Of a DNA stretch of 29,654 nt, positions 18,801-26,500 are shown piece by piece. The stretch is taken from positions 1-29,654 of IMG/VR virus record IMGVR_UViG_3300012953_000145, one strand, 5' to 3'. The position numbers were made by a program, and so were the translations under genes. This stretch comes from a virus. Its lineage: Duplodnaviria; Caudoviricetes. The notes beneath the pieces were generated by a model. That model was given only the letters and a program-made list of their open reading frames with translations, did not search any database and was not told the DNA's origin. The stretch's first letter is position 1, and each line of letters begins with the position of its first letter.

Positions 18801-19249
18801 TATTTTTTGAAGACAATTATGAAGAATGGGGAAGTTTTGATGATAGAGATAGAAATATAAATAATTTTATTTATACTTTTGGAAAAAGACATGACAAATT
18901 ACCATTAAAAAGTTGTGAAGGCTTCAAGTTCGGTGTTTTTAATGGTCATAAAACTTCAAAAAGTTATAAGTTTAATGCTTATGGATATGGTCAGTTTGCA
19001 GATTTCATATCTTATTCAACTAATGCTGCTTATATTAGAGAAAATTCAACAACAAGACAACAAATAATTGAATATCCTGTTGAAAAAGTTTTTGTTGATA
19101 CATTTTATAATGTAGTAGAAACTAGTCCTAATACTTACAATAAAGATATTTATTCAAGATATAGATACCCATACATTGAGAATGATGATAACGAGCTATC
19201 TCAATTACATGTTAATAATCCACTTTATAATAGTTATTATGCATTTTAA
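12875..19249 (+). CDS. Giant putative virion/baseplate-associated protein (2124 aa)
   Basis: 6.4 kb uninterrupted ORF, TAATG coupling with the upstream gene, GGAG at 12861-12864. N-terminal shared module, plus Gly/aromatic blocks (AYWNFNDNRWEY, HGFPQKY, GFKFGVFNG...YGQFADF) separated by Asn/Ser-rich stretches. No enzymatic motif recognised. Confidence 0.75.
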   Translation: MSKKRIVGINETVTTTKAEGIMVFDIDQSDNNSVQFFNTGGYSFVLEDAEGYRVRFYYDNSGSGFFTTATSLSDFQPRYHNNDPTQSYYVFDSDNPFFGESSTNPFGFTDPYWQGTPVRINRQDLNTGQTLTVNYMNYYPDQYKVILEELVKRTVTAINYADEVKISASYTMEKEGFRGVITLKQTIAGPEGNTIIDRGQGSSIAEQNFYGILTEDIKTTNFTGGTVSAPTYENVFSERSGSLSNAIKKEINRKSFLPGILPSNKITTGKKLTRENVFFDDTLTCIFENKDNINTIFGLPITEATINGKEELFFTYSNIDESHIYDSSIDKFKNEQLLLRNSGIYSKPNKLNFEAFIKPDVVDQSEENKLIRKIMGKDSLDRFVDQKRVVEEYTPYEENFGKFTGEGSDFETFNIDNDPNYNIKNRKQIKISLDFSGEKNKNAYLVNTAIAYNDVAPPALLDDNIHYTDQINFLKGNKKAVSSKSFPTAYWNFNDNRWEYLDAKSINTAQDGFVSSNGNENFIFPANIRYKQILEIANADPLVIGYNFLDNVKNNLLNRPICFSPSFRPNLSNNSGALQSHNESFLMQPTTSHGFPQKYNWQPHENHVLKMSDYIDENFIAEKIIIKGKISANFEKPLKYGNYGSNAYSFYNFESDYPLKQLRNKYAESIDTLGFNFFILNQRKNADIINKSQTIPHSSFYVDADLAWGGMYTSLPTAWYSDDYFLRTGLYSEHAFYNNNEINSSFSDGFVYEFANKNLDFYKIDSSATNKIYIKQNKNMFYYLDETDTLASSSNRHTQFVFRDIENWNENNYNNDVISDTAFDSQNSINIFDINSSYADGVEQRDVSRELVTFSNLLFVNTVNDSYSSQTIENWYSGYKKYNNIDKILFTDSNSVSEKSFTINSNLKNYNKSNYIDESSYILISNKTNDTLIETGSLSSFEASLAFEANIFSDSFSNFASALDNKYFELELETSKLIFIFKNNTSNPEIVYKESNNKGEGQNVININYLSNSWSDSSDISLDLDRAFFNFNNFLSQLSINVFNDTVLSDLLIFANQDSGSNIFSEMKIQSTLNDKSLDSKLINIKFIGKDNDENVIPQKETTNFSGNISLSIANSIANVPDTLDIEILENNVNILEGFSKGSENLIGVSSERIINKKLTGDKKLSSANNEIDYNYYSDYHKDSIVNTEYLIKPEDEFIFGINSYGNGDLITSMVELHDNLDIIIIGRTQRDYNKQKTSESKSIRKVLDSSKERKTNIEGSYLTKNNYFSNKFNIKDFKANKRLIGSSSSNKFGTWGGFINLEEVDKSLQIDKLSRTRTFKKYFYDSILPNFVDVFININSKGYKFNPIEQNIINFIIDDNIESDNITTNDTSKSKILFKSDWLNKFIFNDSESFAEYRNINNTINSSITRTLGSQIQKSTEINVNINENSYNLTNISGSSIGEYSLPYTELAHGDNYSNDSRLPLKIQNNSKYNFIKNNKNIVIDSSKLDNFQVNFSIQKPIGFQKWILVIHDSQNILRNNNWPIYLKARDYIEQNNEDFEKIKATVGSTTYNHIVSKRSIPLTLHDLKPYSLPNGDTYYLFKSFSKNFKVYFETEEIETDSGDQGVILDNINTYQDYFYPNKNRYYTELEYWEVAEIIKSFSDDMDRPENYGDSSSGFPYNENVYTQYSDFAQTNLRPTANVSKLLYDVVTNNPSNFFAKIYDLGEQIGDSGSTFFTPDINNICNVSISRYKLTNAKSIDRPVLENYLQDRYKFDEKESIINTIQTYIDKKYLEDEADKLKSVELEFDQLNTLNQDLLLNEKIYETDVYYLSPIESSENPGEMIDSGNMIKTNTKAIFKYIEDENGLLFPYIDLLSMKTKSSLLNTRFNKKDSSIFLPEKGKIRIYEQTLLDIHNETNIIVNSDIPYFDINLNKNDSNGIPFNSLKITEDELNIPTSPNNNDEFIYSQKNGSKLFTIKANNYLSENSNMFNASLFFEDNYEEWGSFDDRDRNINNFIYTFGKRHDKLPLKSCEGFKFGVFNGHKTSKSYKFNAYGYGQFADFISYSTNAAYIRENSTTRQQIIEYPVEKVFVDTFYNVVETSPNTYNKDIYSRYRYPYIENDDNELSQLHVNNPLYNSYYAF

Positions 19250-19272
19250 AAAAATCTTTAGAAAGAAAAATA

Positions 19273-20373
19273 ATGGCAGGCATTATAGATAAAAAATCTA
19301 GAATAATTGATTATAGCTTAACAGAGAACGGTAGATCTCAAATACAATCTGGTGATTTAAGATTTGTTTTTGCTTCTGTAAGTGATAAGTCTATTTTATA
19401 TGAAAAAGATTTTGAAAAATCAAAGTTGCATACAGAAGATATTGTTAATTCTAACAATTATATTCCTTTTGAAGTAGATACTAAAACTTTTGGCAATATT
19501 AATAAGGAATTTGATCTAGATAGAACTTTTACTGTTTCTAATAGTGATTTATTAAATACTGTTAAAAGTGAAAACAGCCAATATTCTGATATAACGTTTA
19601 ATGATGCGTCAAACATATTTTTAGAAAAAACTTTCATAGGATCTTCTTTAAATAATCTTAAACTTATTTCTGAAAAAACTTATTTAACTTCTAGCGGATT
19701 ATCTTTTGTTAATGAAGAATCACTTGGTAATGATTTTAATTTTAAAAATAGAAATTTTATTGCAAGATACCCTACTATAAAAAAATTAATACCAAGATCT
19801 AAAGATATGCATACAATAGCTTTAGATAAAAGATTTGAAAATAAAAACAATTTTATGAAACTTATACCTGAAGATATTGACGGTAACAAGATATACACAG
19901 AAGCACAATTTGAAAGAGACGAAGCTGATTATAAAGAAGTAAATATAGAATCTATATATAAAACTATAAATATTCCGATTAATTACGATTATATAAAAAA
20001 CAGAAATGATTTAATAGTAAGTGTAATAAAAGAAATAGAAAAAAACAAAGACATTCAAAAAAGAGAATACAAAGTAATTAAATCATCTGAAAATGATAAT
20101 TTCATATTTAATATTTATGAGACTGATCAGCTTTTAGACTCAATAGAGAAGCTATCTATTATTGATATTGGAACAGTATTTGATAATATTACTTCAAAAA
20201 GCAAGAAAGTATATTTAGCTGGAAAAATAATAAATACAAAAGAAAGTTCTGATGATCTTGAAAAAATATACAATTTTAACGAAGGTGAAATTTTAAAAAA
20301 TACAAACAACACTAATTTTGCAATATCAGCTTATTATTCTTTCGTATGTTTATTTACTATTGTTTTAGAGTAA
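19273..20373 (+). CDS. Putative tail-collar / fibre-attachment domain protein (DUF3751-like N-terminus)
   Basis: N-terminus MAGIIDKKSRIIDYSLTENGRSQIQSGDLRFVFASVSD fits the L-T-x-x-G-R...hydrophobic-A-x-x-D pattern of tail-collar fibre N-terminal domains. C-terminal beta strands (KVYLAGKII, FVCLFTIVLE). Confidence 0.55.
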   Translation: MAGIIDKKSRIIDYSLTENGRSQIQSGDLRFVFASVSDKSILYEKDFEKSKLHTEDIVNSNNYIPFEVDTKTFGNINKEFDLDRTFTVSNSDLLNTVKSENSQYSDITFNDASNIFLEKTFIGSSLNNLKLISEKTYLTSSGLSFVNEESLGNDFNFKNRNFIARYPTIKKLIPRSKDMHTIALDKRFENKNNFMKLIPEDIDGNKIYTEAQFERDEADYKEVNIESIYKTINIPINYDYIKNRNDLIVSVIKEIEKNKDIQKREYKVIKSSENDNFIFNIYETDQLLDSIEKLSIIDIGTVFDNITSKSKKVYLAGKIINTKESSDDLEKIYNFNEGEILKNTNNTNFAISAYYSFVCLFTIVLE

Positions 20374-20383
20374 AGAAGTAAAA

Positions 20384-23300
20384 ATGAAAAATAAAAATGT
20401 AATTAAAAAAATATTATTTGAAGGCGAACATCAAATATCAGCAATGCTGCCTAGAGACTTATCTCCCGAAAGAGAAAGAGATACTTTTGTTTATAAAATA
20501 CCTGTAATTCTAAATAAAACTTATTTTTTAAAAAATGAAAATCAAAGACCTTTAGATTATTTTAAAATTATATTCTATAATCAATCAGATTTTTCAAATG
20601 ATTTTGAAAGCAAGTTTTATAGCAAAACCTTAGATTATAAAAAACACGACATCAGCAGTGAAATTAATAATTCATATTTTTTTGATGAAAGTATAAAAAA
20701 TATATCAAAAGGTTTCTATCAAGACGGAAATATTAAAAATCAACATTATACAATAAATTTTAAAAACAATAATATTGTCGATGAAGATTTATACGTATAT
20801 AATATAACTTTAACAAATGAAATATCTAAGTCAATAATCTATAAAAAATATACATGTATGAGAATTTTTGCTATAAAAGATAATAGCATAGTTGATGATA
20901 CTGATTTTATAATTTTTGAAAATGAAATGTTTCTAGAGAATGTATTTAATTTAAAAAAAATATATGATTTGCAGTATTTTATAGATCAGGTGTATTTTGA
21001 AGACTTTGCTAAAAGTTTAAATATTACAATTCCAGCCAATCCTTTTTATCACCCAGATAGATATGCTAGAAATTCTATAAGAATCCTAAAAAGTCAACAG
21101 TTTGATGTATCTATGGCAACTGGAAGTATTAACATAAATGTAGATTTTTTAAGCTCAGAACCTATAGAGTCAGTTTCTGAAAGTATGAATATTTCTACTT
21201 TTATTGATAACAGTTTAGTTGAAGTTACAAATTTAAATTTTTTTAAAAATATAGTAAAGCTTTATCTTACAGGATTAGATATTTTTGTATTTAAAGTTCA
21301 ATGTGTTTTTTCAATAAACAGTGAACTTGATAGTGATAGTCAAAGTAATATAGCAATACAACGAATTTTTGAAAATCAAGTCTTTTTTAACAGAAATGAT
21401 GGATTTATAACTAGTATATTACAAATGTATAAAAATGAGTATTTAACTAGTCTTTACAATAATTTTGGATTTAACATATCAACTTCAGCTACTAGTAATC
21501 ATATTGAAGTTATCTTAAAAGCGGATAATATTACGTTAGAAAATCAACTTTTGTCATTTTTTAAAATTAAATCTATAAAAAACAATAATACAGAATACTT
21601 TGATAGTGAATTATATTCAAGTCCTAATTTTACTATTAACGATAAAATTAATTTTATGGATTTAAACATGCAAGACTTAATGAGCAATCAAAATCAAGCT
21701 TTTAAGTTTTATATTCCTAATAATTCTGTTAATATTTTTTCAAAAATAAAAATTACAATACAACATGATGAATATTTTGATCTTGGAGTTTTAGAATCAG
21801 ATGTTATTATTATAAATCCAGACTACGAAAATCTATTTAATAAATTAAACAATAGACTTTTAAGCTCAATTGAAATATACTCAAATGGATTAAATAAAAA
21901 CGCATCATCTGAAGATTGTTTTACTACATATTCAAAAATAAAAATAAAAAATCTAAGAAGAAGATTTGGTGATATAGCTTATAATTTTGGATATTTTAAT
22001 CAGCAAGACTCACAAAATACTCAATCAACTTCTGATATTTTGGAATTTTTTAAAAGTTCAGTATTTTCATTTGAGTTAGAAGAAAAAATTCAAAATATCG
22101 GTAATTGTAGTTTTAAAAAACATAATTACTTTTTTGGTAATCAAATAATAAAAAATGATTCAATTGAAAATGATTCAATTGAAATTGATAGATCTTTTTT
22201 GCTAGATTACTTAAAAATTAATATTAGTTCAATTTTTAAAAATTCTATAATTAATAGCACTTCTTCTTATAATACAGTCAAAGCAATAAGTAGTATCGGA
22301 AAAGACTTTGCGTATATTAGTAATAATCAAAATCCTGTAGATGTATTTAGTTTTCTAGTAGATGATAAATTTTTCTTAATAAAAAAAATAAGAATAAAAG
22401 TTATTCCTATACCAAAATTAATAAAGATTTACCAGTCTCAAGCTGATCTTGATGAGAACTTAAACCTAGTATTTCCTTCAAATGTATCTGATGATATTAA
22501 AAACTCAATCAATTTAAACTTTGTTGATCTTTTTTATGATAAAAATTCTTCATTAAACTGGAATAGATTTTTAAATTTTAAAACTTTGTTTTTTAAAAAA
22601 AATAGTAGTGATAGATTAAATAGCTTAATAAGTACAGCAGTATATTTATCACCTATTTGGGATTATTTATCATCGAAAATTTATATAAAAGATTCAAACG
22701 TATTTACTAATGTTCAAAGCTTTACTAATAAAGATTTACAGGAAACAGCGCAAGAAGATTCTTTGAGCAATATTAATAAAAATAGCGGAATAATAAGAAT
22801 ATTAGCTAAGAATCACTTCCAAGACTCAAACAATAAATATTTTAACTTTCAAATAAACAATGATAATTTAATAAAAATTGTAAATACTGGAATGCTCATA
22901 AATTTTAAAAACATGGATAACGAGCTTAAAAATCCTAAATACATAGAGATTTTAAAGACAAACGAAAACAGAGAAGATAGAATTGATATAGATTTAACAG
23001 GATTGAAAAACTATTTTGATATACGAGAAATAACAGGAATGAAATTTTTTGCTAAATTATCTATACATCCTTTATTAATGAACGAATCAAATACAGCAGC
23101 AACTGATGTAGTTAGCGCTGACTTTATTAATACAAATTTAGAAAGTAACAATGATTTTTATTTGACACAAAACAACAGTTATATGTCTAGAGGTTTAAAA
23201 AGCTACTTTTTTGAGTATAATAACCCAGTAAATAATTTTAATTCTACAATAGAAGAAGCTGACAATTCTTTGATTCTTTCTTTGCGTTTAGGCAAAAATA

Positions 23301-23515
23301 GAAAAAAAATTACATCTACAACTTTTAGAGAGCTTTTAGATTTTTCTATAAACAATAATATGCAAATTTTAAAAGATTTTTATTTGAGATTAGGTTTTTC
23401 TTTTGAAATAAACAATAATTATTTCTATGCTAATATTTACAAAGTAATAAACAGAAATAATTTTAATGATTCTTTAATTGAAATCAATAGAGTTGAAAGT
23501 ATAATAGAAATATGA
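20384..23515 (+). CDS. Hypothetical protein (1043 aa), likely structural by context
   Basis: 3.1 kb ORF, N/I/F/K/S-rich, co-oriented in the operon. No recognisable motif. Confidence 0.75.
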   Translation: MKNKNVIKKILFEGEHQISAMLPRDLSPERERDTFVYKIPVILNKTYFLKNENQRPLDYFKIIFYNQSDFSNDFESKFYSKTLDYKKHDISSEINNSYFFDESIKNISKGFYQDGNIKNQHYTINFKNNNIVDEDLYVYNITLTNEISKSIIYKKYTCMRIFAIKDNSIVDDTDFIIFENEMFLENVFNLKKIYDLQYFIDQVYFEDFAKSLNITIPANPFYHPDRYARNSIRILKSQQFDVSMATGSININVDFLSSEPIESVSESMNISTFIDNSLVEVTNLNFFKNIVKLYLTGLDIFVFKVQCVFSINSELDSDSQSNIAIQRIFENQVFFNRNDGFITSILQMYKNEYLTSLYNNFGFNISTSATSNHIEVILKADNITLENQLLSFFKIKSIKNNNTEYFDSELYSSPNFTINDKINFMDLNMQDLMSNQNQAFKFYIPNNSVNIFSKIKITIQHDEYFDLGVLESDVIIINPDYENLFNKLNNRLLSSIEIYSNGLNKNASSEDCFTTYSKIKIKNLRRRFGDIAYNFGYFNQQDSQNTQSTSDILEFFKSSVFSFELEEKIQNIGNCSFKKHNYFFGNQIIKNDSIENDSIEIDRSFLLDYLKINISSIFKNSIINSTSSYNTVKAISSIGKDFAYISNNQNPVDVFSFLVDDKFFLIKKIRIKVIPIPKLIKIYQSQADLDENLNLVFPSNVSDDIKNSINLNFVDLFYDKNSSLNWNRFLNFKTLFFKKNSSDRLNSLISTAVYLSPIWDYLSSKIYIKDSNVFTNVQSFTNKDLQETAQEDSLSNINKNSGIIRILAKNHFQDSNNKYFNFQINNDNLIKIVNTGMLINFKNMDNELKNPKYIEILKTNENREDRIDIDLTGLKNYFDIREITGMKFFAKLSIHPLLMNESNTAATDVVSADFINTNLESNNDFYLTQNNSYMSRGLKSYFFEYNNPVNNFNSTIEEADNSLILSLRLGKNRKKITSTTFRELLDFSINNNMQILKDFYLRLGFSFEINNNYFYANIYKVINRNNFNDSLIEINRVESIIEI
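22154..22183 (+). repeat. Perfect in-frame 15-bp tandem duplication (AATGATTCAATTGAA x2; NDSIE NDSIE)
   Basis: Read directly at 22154-22168 and 22169-22183. Confidence 0.85.
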
Positions 23516-26500
23516 TAAAAAGTGATTTAGAAATTATTAACAGAGCTTTGAAAAGCGAAGAGTTTGGATTGCCTAAAAAACAATTACTAAACAATACTAT
23601 TAAGATTAATTCTAATAGAAACTTAAATATTGCAAGTAGTGAAGAAATATGTAACTATAAACTTAATTGTTATTCTAATATGTTTGACAACTTTGAAATA
23701 TTTTTCAATTCAATATTTAATGTATCTAGCTCAAAAGAAAAAATATTTGATGATATAAAATTAACTTCTAGAAAAAAGATAAATTTTCAAAATGAAGTAG
23801 ATATATCAATAACAGAAATTTTAGAATTCTATAAAAAAAACAGCTTTAAAGAAGAGATATTTAAAACACATATATTAAAAAAACAAAGTGTTAACTTTGG
23901 AAAAATTACAAACTTTTTATTTAATAAAATTTTCAATGAAGAATCATTAAATGTTTATTCTGAAAATCGGCTAATTGCACAAAAGCAAGAAACATATTTT
24001 GAAATTTTCAATCAAGATTTGATGTCTTTTGCAAATTTTAAAAATTATTTACTTATAAATGCTGATGATGTATATGATGAAACAAATAAACTCTCTAATC
24101 TAAATGATGTAAATGTCAATACTTACATTTGTCAAAACTTTATCAACTTAACTAGAAGCTTATTTACTTTATATCCAGGCACTTTACATGGAGTTGTTAC
24201 TAAGAGAACAGTTGATATTGCTGATACTTCTAAAAATTTAATATGTATAACTTCAGAAGATAGTGAATTAAAATTTTTTGATTATGTTAATACAGAAAGT
24301 TTAATATTTGACTATAAAGGCTTTTTTAATAATGAATATGTTGAATGGCAAAATAATAGACAAACATTTGAAAGAGTAGATGGAGAAACACTTAATACTT
24401 CTCAGCAAGTGCCAGTTGAAATTGAAAATGATGTACAAACATACAATTTAGGTGGTGTAAGTTATAATTATGTCACGGGCACAATTGAACCTAATAATCC
24501 ATCTAATTTAGAAATTGAATCTAATGTATCTAATTTAGAAACAAATCAATATATATTCAGACAAAAACAATTGAATATATCACCAGAAACTTATGGAATT
24601 CTAGATAGATCATTAAACGTAAATAACCGAAGATATTTACCAGTTCCTAATGAATTTTACAAAGACGGTGCTGTTATAGATAAAGATGATGGTTCTTTGA
24701 GAGGAAGAACAAGTAATACTGATGATATTCCGTACAAGCCAATTGTTGAAAACATAATAAAAACAATAACTGATGTATATAATAGTGATCTTGGAAGCTT
24801 GTTACATCTTAATTCTTCATTTTTAAAAAAATGGATATTTCATCAAACATTACATGACATAAATGGTTTTTCTTCAGACGTTGTATTTAGAACAAACAAT
24901 CTATTTCAATCAATTAGCTTTGATGCTATAACTAATAAGTCTATAAATAATTATAGACATGCGCCTCCAGGATTTCAAGGAGAAAGATTAAATAGTTCAA
25001 ATATTTTAAATTATACTAGTATTTTAAATGTTAGTAGTGAAGAGGAATACAATGAAAATTTAGAGAACTTATTATATACACAATTAAGGAGCAGGTATAG
25101 AAACATAAGAGATAATTTTAACTATACAGTTTCTCTTGATTATTTAAATATGAATATAGAAAGAAGTATGTCTATGATATACTATAAAAGAAAACCTATA
25201 TTTGAAGTATATAAAATAAATGACTATGATTTTAATAACTATAATTATTATGATGATATTAGCCAATCAAGTAATAATGATTATAGTATTTTTGACAAAG
25301 ATATAATAAATACAAGAATAAGATGCAACTATCTTTCGTTGAAAACAGATAACATTGTTAAAAAAGCAAAAATGCTTTCATTTAAAAACTTAGATATAAA
25401 TTTAGACATTTTTAAAGAAATAGCTACTTCTATATCTAGAAAATCTACTAAAAATCTTATGATATCTTATTCGAATGATGCAGAAAGTAATATTGTTTTA
25501 GCTGATGCAGAAAGTAAATTATTTAATCTGATTTTTACAAAAGACGAGGATAAAGAAGATAAGTTTTATTCTAACTTTAGTATTACTCATAATGAAAAAG
25601 GATTATCTACATTTTCAAATTATTTAGAACTTAATAAAAATAATATTGAAACAAATTCTGAAGTTGAAGATAATTCTGATTTACTAAATAGTATATTAAA
25701 AAATAATTACAGAGGTAAATTTTTCAAAACTTCTTCTTCTTTATTGAAAAATATTGTTGAGGACGTAATAAAAGAAGCATTTGTTAAATCTGAACTTGAC
25801 AATTATTTTGAAATAGCTAGATGTCAATATTTATATTTATATTATATTAAGAATGCAGCATCAGGAGAAAGTGAAAAAAATAGCTATAGTACTATTGCAA
25901 AAAGATTTATAAAAAAATCAATTGAACAAAGTCAACAATATACAGGTTTTGACGACTTTAAAGAATTTAAATATAACATAGAAGACATAGATTTAAATAG
26001 CTACACAGATAATACAGCTCATATTAGATCACAAAAGAAAATTGAGTTTCAAGAGAAATTTATAGAAGAATTAGTTCAAACTAGTGATAGTTTAAATAAA
26101 ATAAAAAATACAGTTTTTGATAGCACAAATTTAAATAAAATAAAAAATGACTGTTCATTTGAAAAAACTCAGAATATAAAAGTTAATTTAAAAGCACAAA
26201 ATTCGTTTAATGACTTAACAAGTGGAGATTTATATGATGAAAATGAAGCATTTACTGAAGAAGAACTTTTAGAAAGACTTAGAGGGAAAGGATTGTTTGA
26301 CAATCTATTCAATAAGTTAGATGAGTCTTTTGAAAATAGTGAGTTAGAAGTAGCTTTTGAATTAACAAAATGCATACTTCCTTTTACGTATCTTTTTAAA
26401 GATTGTGTTTTAAATAAAACAGCTAATTCAGCAGCCAATGTAACTAATATGAATTTTAATGTAGAAAATTTACATTTATTACATTGGCCTTTCGGTTTAT

